A stretch of DNA of 64,000 nucleotides. Source: Pelagomonas calceolata. Lineage: Eukaryota. The number at the start of each line of letters is the position of its first letter. Positions within the stretch are counted from its first letter, which is position 1. Below are positions 31,133 to 41,700 of this stretch, piece by piece. The DNA lies in the NCBI GenBank assembly GCA_918797485.1, contig CAKKNE010000006.1:2914001-2978000 (forward strand), given 5' to 3'. Both the position numbers and the translations under genes were made by a program. Under the pieces are notes generated by a model, which saw only the letters and a program-made list of their open reading frames with translations, made no database searches and was not told where the DNA came from.

Positions 31133-33364
31133 TCACCACCCGTTCGCCGCGTGGTGCCGCAGCATGCGGTCGAAGGCCGACCGCGCCTCGTGCACAGTAT
31201 ACTCCTGGAGCGGGTCGCGGCAGTAGCGGCGCTGGAGGTCGACGCGCAGCGGCCCCGAGCGCCCGCCCGGCCCCGTGGCCGTGCGTATCAATTGCGACGT
31301 CGTGTCGAGGAAGTTCGCGAACACCGTGTGCAGGATCGCCTCGACGTTTAAGGACGGGTTCCACGACCCGGGCGATCCGGAAGTTGTCAAAGCTTCGATG
31401 CAGATGGCCCCGCCGGCGGTCACGTGGCCCGTGTACCAGCAGAAGCGCGGCGAGACGCAGCGCAGGAAGAACGGCCGCGTCGGGTAATCCGAGGGAAACG
31501 TGATCTCCATGCGGATCGGAACGCGCAGCTGCGCCAGGTCTCCGTTGAGATCACGGCCAGCCGGGCAGTCACCGTCGAAGTCCGCGACGGAAAAGCGCCA
31601 CGTAGTCGCCGCGTCGCCGACGAGTTCCAGATCATGAACGCGCGGGGCCGACGCCCACTTCCGCAACGACTGGAACTCGCTCATGATGCGAGGAACCCCG
31701 GTCTTGCCCAGCCACTTCGGCGGCGCGCCCGGGGGACCTTGAGTCCGCTGGGCCTTCGCGGGCGGCAGCTCCGGCGGCGGGGGCGGCTCCGTTCGCGGCG
31801 CGGGCGTCACGGGCCGCCGCGCACTTTTCAAGGCGTCGACGCGCGCCCGGACTTCCCGATCAAACGCCGGCGCGAGCGTGTTCTCGCCAGCCGCGTCGCG
31901 CGCCTGCAGGGCCTCCCCCCGATACACGAACAGGAACCGCGTCGCGACCGCGTCCTCGTCGGGGACCACCCAGATGTTGGCACTCTTGGTAATTCCAGGA
32001 ACTTCAGCCACCTCGCACAACGCAATAATCCTCAGGTCCGGCGACCCGAAGAAGGAATCGTTGAACTGCGGCGTCTCGGGTTCCGGAGCCGCGGCGCCGG
32101 CGCGTCCCGGAAGCGCGCCGCGGTGCTGGCGCCGGGCGGACATGGCGTAGCGAATAGAATACGACAGAGACGTCGAGACATACACGCCAGCCCCGTGCGC
32201 GGCGCCGTGGAGCTGCAATTTCGTGCCCGACGCCGACCGCAGGCCGGATCGCAAGATACAATGCCAATTTTCGGCCGGCGAGCCGTGCCACGCGAACTTG
32301 CTGCCGTGCCGCGCCTTCAAAGCCGCGAACCTAGCTTGCCTCGCCGGCGGCTGGCTCAACATAATAAACTGGCGGCACGTTGCTTCCGGCGCGATGCGCT
32401 CGAGCAACCGCATATTCGGCGGCAGCGCAACCAAATGAGCCTTGTTCGACGTCATGATCCAGCGCAGGGCCGCCGGCGCTTGCTTATCGACCTTGAGCAA
32501 AGCGCCCTCCACCGCCGCGAAGCCGGCGGCCGACTGGCCGTCGTTCCGCGCCGTCTCGTGGATGCGCTCGAAGGACGGGAAGCGGTCCAAAATCTTCGCC
32601 GCGGCGGCCGCGCCGACGCTCGTGCCGTCGAGGACGCAGGGCGGCTGCAGGATGTCCGCCGCGCGCCGCGACCGCGCGGCGAGCCGAGTCGTCGCGACGA
32701 GCAGGTCGAGGACGTCGGCGCGGGCCGCGAGGCACGTCGCGCCGACGAGCAGCTTCCCAAAGGTCTCGAGCTGGTGGGCACACAGGGGCCGCCCGCATAC
32801 CGACGGCAGGATCGAGGCTTCTCCGAACGCTAGAGGGGCATCACATATTGCACAGACGTCCGCTAAGGAGCCCATTCTCTGATTTGCGTAGGCGAGCGTT
32901 GCGTAAAGCAAGCCCTCGGTATCTCGTTGTCGTTTGTGCAGGGGCGAGCGCCAAAAAGCCTCCAGCAGCCGTTCGACCTGCCGCCCGACGATGCAGCCTT
33001 CGGGGGCCGTGACTGTGATGCCAGCGTCGCAGTAGCCGGACGCGTACTGCGTCGCGCCACCCGAGAACACGAGCTTTGCGGAGAGCGGCGCGGTCAATCC
33101 CCAAGCTTGCCGTGTCTCCGCCGAGGCTTGCGACCGCGTCGGATCAATTTTGAGGGTCACGATGAGCGTCCGGCTCCCCTTCGTCGTCGACCGCTCCGCG
33201 CTCTCGTCGCCGAAGCGCGCGCAACACCGGGCGACGTCGACGTCGAGCTGGTCGCCGGCGTCGGCTACCGGGTCGGTCGACGCTTCGGATTCGTACGCGT
33301 AGTCATCTTCGGACTCCTCTGCTTCGTCATCGCTGGCGCTGCGGAGGTCCTCGACGTCGGCCAT
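31133..33364 (-). CDS. PARP6/8-like mono-ADP-ribosyltransferase fused to a UBE2Q-like ubiquitin-conjugating domain
   Basis: CAICD...PSVCGRPLC zinc motif; FAWHGSPAENWHCILRSGL...HGAAHGAGVYVS and IWVVPDEDAVATRFLFVY; C-terminal FPSDYPTRPFFLRCVSPR...GHVTAGGAICIEALT. Confidence 0.88.
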   Translation of the reverse strand: MADVEDLRSASDDEAEESEDDYAYESEASTDPVADAGDQLDVDVARCCARFGDESAERSTTKGSRTLIVTLKIDPTRSQASAETRQAWGLTAPLSAKLVFSGGATQYASGYCDAGITVTAPEGCIVGRQVERLLEAFWRSPLHKRQRDTEGLLYATLAYANQRMGSLADVCAICDAPLAFGEASILPSVCGRPLCAHQLETFGKLLVGATCLAARADVLDLLVATTRLAARSRRAADILQPPCVLDGTSVGAAAAAKILDRFPSFERIHETARNDGQSAAGFAAVEGALLKVDKQAPAALRWIMTSNKAHLVALPPNMRLLERIAPEATCRQFIMLSQPPARQARFAALKARHGSKFAWHGSPAENWHCILRSGLRSASGTKLQLHGAAHGAGVYVSTSLSYSIRYAMSARRQHRGALPGRAGAAAPEPETPQFNDSFFGSPDLRIIALCEVAEVPGITKSANIWVVPDEDAVATRFLFVYRGEALQARDAAGENTLAPAFDREVRARVDALKSARRPVTPAPRTEPPPPPELPPAKAQRTQGPPGAPPKWLGKTGVPRIMSEFQSLRKWASAPRVHDLELVGDAATTWRFSVADFDGDCPAGRDLNGDLAQLRVPIRMEITFPSDYPTRPFFLRCVSPRFCWYTGHVTAGGAICIEALTTSGSPGSWNPSLNVEAILHTVFANFLDTTSQLIRTATGPGGRSGPLRVDLQRRYCRDPLQEYTVHEARSAFDRMLRHHAANGW

Positions 33365-33603
33365 GATTGCTGCGGTGCTGGCGGCGCAGTCTTACGGTCG
33401 CTGGCGCGGCAGACGGGCTCGCGTCGGCCGGAGAGTCACCAGAGAGGTCAATCTCTGGAATGGATCAGGTGGCGCACGGGGGCAGACACTGCTCAGACAG
33501 ATCGTCGCAGCGCGTCGAAGCGTTTTTCTGGCTGCGGTTCGGCCCTGCAATGCGCTCCGCGCAAGCGGACCTTCTCCGGCACCGCGTCCAAAACTCGTGC
33601 TTG

Positions 33604-33624
33604 CTAGTGTCTTACAGCCGCTAG
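33604..33624 (+). promoter_or_regulatory. CTAG-bounded motif in a divergent promoter
   Basis: CTAGTGTCTTACAGCCGCTAG, identical to the reverse complement of 52657-52677. Confidence 0.65.
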
Positions 33625-33777
33625 CCTGATCGACTGCCCTGCCAATTTTCAAGAAAACGGGCCGTCTTGTTGCATTTCCTTGACGAAACTTGTTCACTGG
33701 GTCTTCTCTGGTAGCTCCGCACCAGCTGTATAAGCCGCGGGCAGCCAACAGTTACGCTAACACATCCCCAGAGCAGC

Positions 33778-34356
33778 ATGCTCTGGCCAACGATGATCCT
33801 AAGCGCTCACGCCGTCACTTTTGCTCCTAAAGCACTCAAGTTCCCGTCTCGCGCGACGCCGCCAGCGGACGTCGTCGTCGCACAGCTGGACGCGCTTCGA
33901 CGAAACGACGTCGCCCGGACCTACGAGCTCTTCTCGCGCGCTCGTAGGCTCGCCATCGACGAGGCGGCGCGAGGCGACGCCCGCCACTACGAGGTGTCGC
34001 GCGAAGTCGTTCTGCAAAAGCTCGAGATAGCGCTGCGCGATTCGTGCCCGGGACTGATCGGCCACGACAGGTACGAGATCTCCTCGTCGCTCGCGATCCG
34101 CGAATACGATGGCGTGCACCTGCCGCAGTGGCGATGTCGCGTCCGGTGCCGGACCGGTTCCAGGACGCGGGCCTTCATTTTCCACTGCACGCGCCAAAGC
34201 GACCCGCCCCCTCCAACAATAGACTTCGACGATCGGTTCGACGAGTCCCGTCTCATCGACGGCTTCGAGGGCTGCTGGTTCGTCTGGCGGATCGAGCCCG
34301 ACGACCGGGGCTTAGCCGTCGCCGCGCCGGCGCCGGCGCGGCTCGTGCCCGCGTAA
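33778..34356 (+). CDS. Hypothetical protein, probably plastid-targeted
   Basis: 192-aa ORF; signal-like N-terminus; PADVVVAQLDALRRND and GCWFV segments. Confidence 0.55.
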   Translation: MLWPTMILSAHAVTFAPKALKFPSRATPPADVVVAQLDALRRNDVARTYELFSRARRLAIDEAARGDARHYEVSREVVLQKLEIALRDSCPGLIGHDRYEISSSLAIREYDGVHLPQWRCRVRCRTGSRTRAFIFHCTRQSDPPPPTIDFDDRFDESRLIDGFEGCWFVWRIEPDDRGLAVAAPAPARLVPA

Positions 34357-34394
34357 TTGAACATAGATGTGGCTAGACCTAGAAGTACAACAAG

Positions 34395-37300
34395 TTACTC
34401 GACGGCTGGCCGGGGCGGCGTCGTGCCGGGTTCCGCGTACCTTTGGCGTCTAGCCGCCTCCATTTGGCGCGCGCGTGACGGGGCCGGCGGCGGCGAAGCC
34501 GCGAGGCTTGCAGCGCGGCGCCGCTCCTCGGCCGCCGCGGTGAGGCGCGACGCCGCGAGCGCCCGATTTTCGTCGTTGCTCGCCTGGTCCGCCCGGACGT
34601 GCCGGACGATATCCGTGAATGTCGGCCGCGTCGCGGCGTCGTTCGCCCACGCCCGGCGCATGACGGTGGCGAGCGGTCCGGGCATCGCCGGCGGCACTGG
34701 CGGGCGCGCGTGCTCGAACACGACCTTGAAGCTAATTTGGAGCGGCTTGTGGCCCGCCCAGGGCACGCCTCCGTCGAAAAGTTCCCACAGCACCATGGCG
34801 TACGAGTAGACGTCGCTCTTCTCCGTGAACACGTTATCCTTGAGGAGCTCGGGAGCCATGAAAGACGGTGTCCCTGAGAGCCCGTCGCCGTTCTTTGTGG
34901 TCAGCGTCGTCGCCGTCTTGAGCGCGTCGCAGCGGCTGAGCCCAAAATCCGACACTTTTGCCCTCGCTTCCTTGGTCAGGAGGCAGTTGTGGCTCTTCAG
35001 GTCTCGATGCTGCACGCCGCACGAGTACAGGAATTGCATGCCCTGCGCGACATCTGCGGCCCAGAGGCACTTCAGATCGGCCCCCACCTCCGCTGTCCCG
35101 TCGAGTGCCTCACGGATGGATCCACCGGGCATGAATTCCATGACGAGGCCGAGGAACGAAGAGTCCGTCGTGACGACGCCCAGCACCGCAACCGTCCGCG
35201 GCGAGCGGAGACGGATCATGATCGAAAGCTCCTGCGCGAACTGGGAGATCATTTGCTGGCGCTTAACCGCGGTCAGCGACGCCAGCGATATCTTCTTGAG
35301 GGCCACGGCCTCGCCCATGTACTCGCCTTGATACACGTCGCCTTGCGCGCCGCACGCCACCGGCTCTGCCGCGACGCGGTCGAGCGTCAGCTCGTGGCTG
35401 ACCAGGTTGGTTCGTTTGAGAGAGCGAGCCGACTCCTTCCGCGTCTTTTTCGCCATCGACGCGCCGAGAGCAGCGACCTCTTCCTTGATGCTGTCGAGCC
35501 TGGCGCCGTCGCGTTGCACTCTCGCCTCGACGGCGTTGATGCGCCGCTCGCCGCTCTGTGCGGCGGCCACGATGAATTTCTCGTTGCGTCGCGCCCCGGC
35601 CTGGACCGCAGCCAAAAGCGTCGCGTCTCGCCGCGTGCTCGACGCGACTGCCCCCGAGACATAGTCGAGCTGCGCAGTGGTGCGTTGCGCCCTCGCTTCT
35701 GCAGCGACTAGCAGCTCCTCGTCACGACGCGCGCTCGCGCGGACGGCCGCGAGTATCGTGGCGAGCTGCTGTTCGTTGCTCCGATCTCGTAGCATTTTCT
35801 TCAGTTGCTTGTCCACTTTGGCGAAGCCCTCCCTGACTTCGAGTCGGAACTCGCCGAGCTCGCTCGTCAATTCGTCGACCGGCACGTGGGCTTCTATGGC
35901 GACGGACGTGATCGCGACGGGATCCTCCGCGAGGCTCCGCGCCGCAGCTTCCGCGGTTTCGCCGGTCTCGCGAACGCGCGCCTTGACGAGCTGGTCGATA
36001 GAACGCTCGATCTGGTACGTGTGTTCCATGAGTCGCGCGTCCGCCGCGAGGCGGTATAAATCGCGAAACGAGTCCATGGCCTGACAGATCTCCTTGTCGA
36101 GGCGGCCCAGCGACCTGACGTGGCCTTGCATCGTGAAGGCGCGCTTGAGCCAGCCCTTCTTCCCAAACGTTCGCATTGCATCGTTGAACTCGACGAGCAG
36201 ATTCACGAGGTGTCGCATCTTCGACTCGACGAGCGCCCTCTCGTCCTCGAGGCGGGCGACATTCTTCGCCATCAAGTGGGCCGCGTCGAGCACGTCGCAG
36301 ACGCGCTTCGCCGCAATCAGGACGTCATCCGCCATGTCGCCGAACTCCACCGCCGAACCGAGGCAGCCTTTGACGGCCCTGCAGAGCTCCCCGACGAGAG
36401 GGAGACCGCTACCCGCGGAGAGCAGGGCGTTCGCGAGCGTGAGGCCGTGCTGCACGACCGTCGACGTGTCCTTGTGACGGGCGAGCATCGCGGAGCGGCC
36501 ATCGCCTGACTCGTCCCCGAGCTCCACGTCGACGCCACTGCGGGTCATCTGTTTCGTATTGGACCCTTTGCTGCGGCGGTAGAAGAAAAATGCAGCCGCG
36601 GCCAGCAGCAGCACGGCGCCCGCGGCGGCACCGCCACCGGCGACCATCACGCTGTTGTCTTTTCTGCCGCCGGAGCTCTCTGCTGTCTCGGTTGTAGCGA
36701 GCGCGCTGGCGAACGTGGGGCGCGGCGTCGGTGCGGAGACGGTCTTGACCGTGGGGTTGCCGGGTGTCGCCGTCGGGGCAGTTGTCGGGTGTAACGATGG
36801 TCGAGGCACCGGCATCGGCGTCGGCGCGCCGTCGACCGCGGTCGCTGCCATGATCGTGTCGTAGTCATTCGCGGCCGCCGGCGCCGTTGGCCCCACGGCG
36901 CCCTCGGCGTCGGCCGCGGTGGCAAGCGCCGTGTACAAGGCGCCGCTCTGGGCCGCGGTCGACAGATCGCTGACGACCGCCTCGGCGTAGCCCGTTGCCA
37001 TCTCCGCGCTGCCCTCGACGCGAACGGAAAACACTACCGTGGTCGTGGTCTGCTGCAGGCGCCGTCGTCGCGACGATACGACGCTAAACGCCACAATTTG
37101 GTCGGTGCTCGTGACGTAGGAGAGCGTCGCGACGAGCGCAGTCTTGACGATGGTCTCGAGCGTCGTGGCATCCACGGTCACTTCCGCAAGGACCAGCTGA
37201 GAATTAATCACGACTGACTCCGCCGTCGGCGACAGCGCCGGTGTGGCCGTTGGTACCGGATTCAAGAACTCACCGGAGGTCGGCGCCGGCGCCGGCTGAG

Positions 37301-38591
37301 ATGTTGGCGCATTTGCATCGAAGACGTAGGCCGCGCCCGAGCCGCTGCTGTAGTATTGTTCGGCCCCGACCACGATGGTGGTGCCGTCAATCGCCACGGA
37401 GAAGCCGAAGCCGAAGCCGTCGTCCGCCGCGGCGTCGGAAGCCGTCAGCTTGGCCACCTGGTCGTACGTGGCGCCGCCGTCGCTCGTGCGGTAGACGTAG
37501 GCCGCGCCCGAGCCGTCGTTGTAATATTGGTGGGCCCCAATCACGATGGTGTCACCGTCAATCGCCACGGAGCGGCCGAAGTAGTCGTACGCCGCAGCGT
37601 CGCTGGCCGTCAGCTTGGCCAGTTCGACGTACGTGGCGCCGCCGTCGGTTGTGCGGAAGACGTAGGCCGAGCCCGAGCTGGTGCCGGCGTCGTCGTCTTG
37701 CCGGGCCCCGACCACGACGGTGCCGCCGTCGATTGCCACGGAGTAGCCGAAGTTGTCGTACGCCGCAGCGTCGGAGGCCGTCAGCTTGATCTTCGTGTGC
37801 GTGATCCAGCCGTCGGTCGTGCGGAAGACGTAGACCGCGCCCGATCGGCCGGTGTGATATTGGTAGGCCCCGACCACGATGGTGTCACCGTTAATGGCCA
37901 CGGAAATGCCGAAGTAGTCGTCCTCCGCGGCATCGCTAGCCGTCAGCTTGGCCAGTTCGACGTACGTGGCGCCGCCGTCGCTCGTGAGGAAGACGTAGGC
38001 CGAACCCGGGCCATTCCATTCATAGGCTCCGACCACAATAGTGCCGCCGTCGATCGCCACGGAGTAGCCGAACTGGTCACTCTCCGCGGCGTCGGAGGCC
38101 GTCAGCTTGGCCACCTGAGCGTACGTGGCGCCGCCGTCGGTCGTGCGGAAGACGTAGGCTGCGCCCGAGCCTGTACCGTCGTCGTCGTCGTAGGGGGCTC
38201 CAATCACGATTGTGTCGCCGGAAATTGCCACGGACCAGCCGAACTGGTCACTCTCCGCGGCGTCGGAGGCCGTCAGCTTGGCCACCAGGCCGTACGTGAC
38301 GCCGCCGTCGCTCGTGCGGAAGACGTAGGCTGCGCCCGGGCCGCTGTTGTAGTACTGGTGGGCCCCAATCACGATGGTGTCACCGTCAATCGCCACGGAG
38401 CGGCCGAAGTGGTCGTCCGCCGCGGCGTCGCTGGCCACGAGCTTCGCGACCTCCCCGAAGTTGGTGGACAGCCGCCGATCAGCCCGCGCGACGAGCGGTG
38501 CTGTGAGGAGTGGCCCATTGCTAGGCTCAAGAACGCGCAGCCCGTGATGAGTGTGCAAGCTTACCAGCAGGCATAACTGGTAGCATCTCAT
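34395..38591 (-). CDS. Receptor-like kinase: signal peptide, 7 FG-GAP repeats, P/T-rich stalk, TM, MLKL-NTD-like helical bundle, coiled coil, TKL kinase
   Basis: Seven KL(T/V)ASDAA..D.FG.SVAI.G.T(I/V)V.GA units; TM ...AVLLLAAAAFFFY followed by RRSK; kinase VALKK, HRDLKSHN, SDFGLS, GTPSFMAPE and SDVYSYAMVLWE. Confidence 0.88.
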   Translation of the reverse strand: MRCYQLCLLVSLHTHHGLRVLEPSNGPLLTAPLVARADRRLSTNFGEVAKLVASDAAADDHFGRSVAIDGDTIVIGAHQYYNSGPGAAYVFRTSDGGVTYGLVAKLTASDAAESDQFGWSVAISGDTIVIGAPYDDDDGTGSGAAYVFRTTDGGATYAQVAKLTASDAAESDQFGYSVAIDGGTIVVGAYEWNGPGSAYVFLTSDGGATYVELAKLTASDAAEDDYFGISVAINGDTIVVGAYQYHTGRSGAVYVFRTTDGWITHTKIKLTASDAAAYDNFGYSVAIDGGTVVVGARQDDDAGTSSGSAYVFRTTDGGATYVELAKLTASDAAAYDYFGRSVAIDGDTIVIGAHQYYNDGSGAAYVYRTSDGGATYDQVAKLTASDAAADDGFGFGFSVAIDGTTIVVGAEQYYSSGSGAAYVFDANAPTSQPAPAPTSGEFLNPVPTATPALSPTAESVVINSQLVLAEVTVDATTLETIVKTALVATLSYVTSTDQIVAFSVVSSRRRRLQQTTTTVVFSVRVEGSAEMATGYAEAVVSDLSTAAQSGALYTALATAADAEGAVGPTAPAAANDYDTIMAATAVDGAPTPMPVPRPSLHPTTAPTATPGNPTVKTVSAPTPRPTFASALATTETAESSGGRKDNSVMVAGGGAAAGAVLLLAAAAFFFYRRSKGSNTKQMTRSGVDVELGDESGDGRSAMLARHKDTSTVVQHGLTLANALLSAGSGLPLVGELCRAVKGCLGSAVEFGDMADDVLIAAKRVCDVLDAAHLMAKNVARLEDERALVESKMRHLVNLLVEFNDAMRTFGKKGWLKRAFTMQGHVRSLGRLDKEICQAMDSFRDLYRLAADARLMEHTYQIERSIDQLVKARVRETGETAEAAARSLAEDPVAITSVAIEAHVPVDELTSELGEFRLEVREGFAKVDKQLKKMLRDRSNEQQLATILAAVRASARRDEELLVAAEARAQRTTAQLDYVSGAVASSTRRDATLLAAVQAGARRNEKFIVAAAQSGERRINAVEARVQRDGARLDSIKEEVAALGASMAKKTRKESARSLKRTNLVSHELTLDRVAAEPVACGAQGDVYQGEYMGEAVALKKISLASLTAVKRQQMISQFAQELSIMIRLRSPRTVAVLGVVTTDSSFLGLVMEFMPGGSIREALDGTAEVGADLKCLWAADVAQGMQFLYSCGVQHRDLKSHNCLLTKEARAKVSDFGLSRCDALKTATTLTTKNGDGLSGTPSFMAPELLKDNVFTEKSDVYSYAMVLWELFDGGVPWAGHKPLQISFKVVFEHARPPVPPAMPGPLATVMRRAWANDAATRPTFTDIVRHVRADQASNDENRALAASRLTAAAEERRRAASLAASPPPAPSRARQMEAARRQRYAEPGTTPPRPAVE

Positions 38592-38798
38592 GATATATCA
38601 GGCTGCCCGAGAGTGGGCGCGACGGCCCATCCTGCACCGCACGTGCGTGAGGAGCGCTGCGCAGCTTGGGACGCCGGGTTCGGGTTTTACACGGCGCGCG
38701 ACCCCTAATCGCTCCCGCTGGGCCGACGGCACGGGTCTTCAATCGATGCGAGCGACTCTCTCCCTTAGGATACAACCTTACACACGACAAGAGAGTCA

Positions 38799-41700
38799 TC
38801 ACACCCACAGCGTCAGCCCGCACCAGTGCCGCCCCAGCGACGCCGGGTCCGTCGCGAGGTCGACGAGGACCCTGACCTGGTCCTCGACACTCAACGTCGC
38901 CTGGTGGCGCAAGGCGTGGCGGGCGCTGTTCTCCAAGCCGGCGACGACGGTCCGCGCGCGCTGGGCCATGTCCGCCTCGAGCATCGGGTTCCCCGCGACC
39001 TCGCGGCTCAATAAGTGGCAGGGGTTCGCCCCGAAGAGTTTCCCGCGCGCCGTCGCGACGCGCCGCTCGGGCGCCGCCGCGGCGCCCGCCTCGACGTCGT
39101 CCGCGTCCCTATCTAAAGACGCGTCGTGCTTCGCGCCCCGTAACCAGTCGAGCACGGGCTCCCGCACGAACGCCTCCAACAAGCCGAGGAGAGGCGCCCG
39201 CGCCCGCGGCTGCCGCAGCGTCCTGAATGTAGACTCGAGATGAGACGTGAGGACGCGCCGCGCGCCCACGGGCTCGAGGGGCGCTTCCAACTCCCGCGTC
39301 AACCGGAACGGAATCAACTCCGGCACGGGCAGCAGCGCCCCCGTCCCAAACGAGTAGCCCAGATCGATGTGCACGAGCGCGCCGTCGCCACTTAATAGGA
39401 AGTTGTCCAAATGGCGGTCGCCCAGACCAACAACATAACCGGCAGCACACGTCGCCGCCAGGGAATACGCGTAGGTCCGCCGCTTCGCGAGGAACGCCTC
39501 CGATGAGACAGACAGCTTTTCCAGATGGCGTTTCAAACCACCAGACGTCGCGTCGAGCACCTTGCGCGCGGCGAAGAGAGCTTGAGATGCTTCTTGCGGC
39601 TTGGCCCTTAGTCTCTTCTTCGTGAACGCCTTCGACGCCTTGTCCGGGGCTCCTAATAACATATCATCCCTTGAACGCTGCGCCCGGATCCACAAAGCCT
39701 CGCCCTTCGTGCTGTCGCCCATTCCAAATTCTCTGAGTAATATAGACTTGACGGGCGGCGACGCGGGCACCCATTCCACCAAACCAACCCTAGGAGATAA
39801 CGGCGCGACGGCGTACGTCCGCAGTGCCGCACCAACACCGCGGCAAGACCCTTTCAGAGTGGTAGAGATGGCCTCGAACAAAGCCTCGACGCGGGCGTCG
39901 TTCCGCAGATCTTCCCCACCTTTGACGAGGAAATTTAATCTGCGGGCGTCGGTCGCGTGCACCGACAATTTTTTAGGAACCTGTTTCGATGGTAAAATGT
40001 CCAAAGACGGCTCGAAGCCCGCTACGACACCACCGGGCACCTCTAACAACGACCGGGCGCCGTCGAAGTCGCGCAGCCAGCCCGAGTACCTGTCGAGGGG
40101 ACACGTCGGCCTCACGGACTTCTTTGGTTGTTTTGCTAGATCTTGTCTTAGACCGTCCAAGCCTTTCGCTAGCTTCGTGTGGTCGTCCGTCGAGAACAAA
40201 GCGTCGGCCTTCTTCCTCAAAGATCTCACAAATGCTTCCCGAACAAACGCTTCGTTCCTGGAACCGATGCCCGTACCCACGAGAGGCCACTCGTCACCCA
40301 GCGTCGTCTTCTTGAGTCTAGACCAGGCCGCCCGCGCTCTTACCAAATCACCATTCCGAGCGGCCTTGCGCGCCACATCTAAACCTTCCGCGAGGCGTTT
40401 CTCGGGCTCGTGCAGCCCCTCGCACGCCAGCACGAACGCCTCCGCAATATCATCTCTACAAGCGTCGCGGGCCGCTCTTATGAGCGTCGCGTCCGTCAAT
40501 TTCTCGGAAGCGAAGCGCAGCGCGTCCCTTACTGACGATGGAGAAGAGCGCGCCAAGCGCTCGACGACGGGCCTTACGGCTTCGCAGATCGCTTTGGCTC
40601 TCGCATCGTTCGAATCACCATAAGCTGATAATAACGCGACGAGCTGGTCGCCGTGGTCTTTGAAGGAGGCGGAAGGCGCGTCCTCCGCGGCCGCCCGGAA
40701 CGCCGCGGCGCAAGCTTCGGCGTGAGGACTTCCCAACAAAGCGAGCACTCTCGGAATGGCTCTTGAAGCGTAGGACGCATCTAGCGCCGTCGCTCTGATA
40801 TAAGTCTCGACAGCAGACGCGGCGCACCGTTGCGTCGCCGTCGACGCGCTGCCGCCACCTGCTAGTTTAGCCAGGTCGCACACGACCTCCTTGGCCTGGC
40901 GCCGTCGTTTCGTCGGCTGGTCCTCATCCTCCTCATCCTTGGAAAGGCGGTCTCGGCGCAGCATCTCGTCGCACAAATCCGCAAAGGCGAAAAACGCCTC
41001 CGCGCTCGACACTTGAATCGCCGCAGTTCTCAGGTCGTGGGCCGCATTGTTCGCTAATTCTACGGGTGTCGCATCGCCCTCGGAACACTTCCCCGCATAA
41101 CGGGCGTCGGCCCACTCCAGCGCCAACGCGCCTCGCCTCACTAGATTCCGTTCCACTTTATAAGCCACGGCGAAGACCTTGTCGCATTTCTCGGGCTCGT
41201 TGCTCGCACAGTAATCCCTAGCTAGAGCTAACGTGTAGTCGGCCTTGAGCTGGTCGGCGCCTTGCGGGGCGGTACTGAAGAAGGCATTTTTGCGGAGACA
41301 CTGCGTCGCCACGTCTGTTATTGATGCATTCAGTGCTAAGGACGCGATATCCAGCCTTGTCAAATCTAAAACGGCCTCTAACGCTTGGTCGCTTTGGGCT
41401 AGTACTTTTCGCGTACATAACGACGCGACCCAGGAACTACAGGGCGCGTCCGCGGGCGGCTTGGGTGACGTGCGCCACCTTTCTCCAGCACCGCTGGATG
41501 GGGGCCGCGCGACGGCGTCGACGTCACCCAATATGCTTAAATCGGCGACGCACTTCGCCAATGCAGTACCTTGCGACAGGGACGCCAGCGCCTCCGCTAC
41601 TTGTTCAAAACCAGCGTCGACGGCCTCCGCCGCGCCCGCACGATCACCATCTCGTAGTAAACGTATAGCTACTGAAGCGGGCGCCTTCCTCAGCAATTCG

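Noticed and set aside
31424..38576. Long antisense or alternate-frame ORFs (e.g. 31424-32833, 37356-38576; also 11370-12272 and 49872-50981)
   Set aside because: These are shadow ORFs expected opposite GC-rich genes; their Arg/Ala-rich translations have no recognisable motifs.
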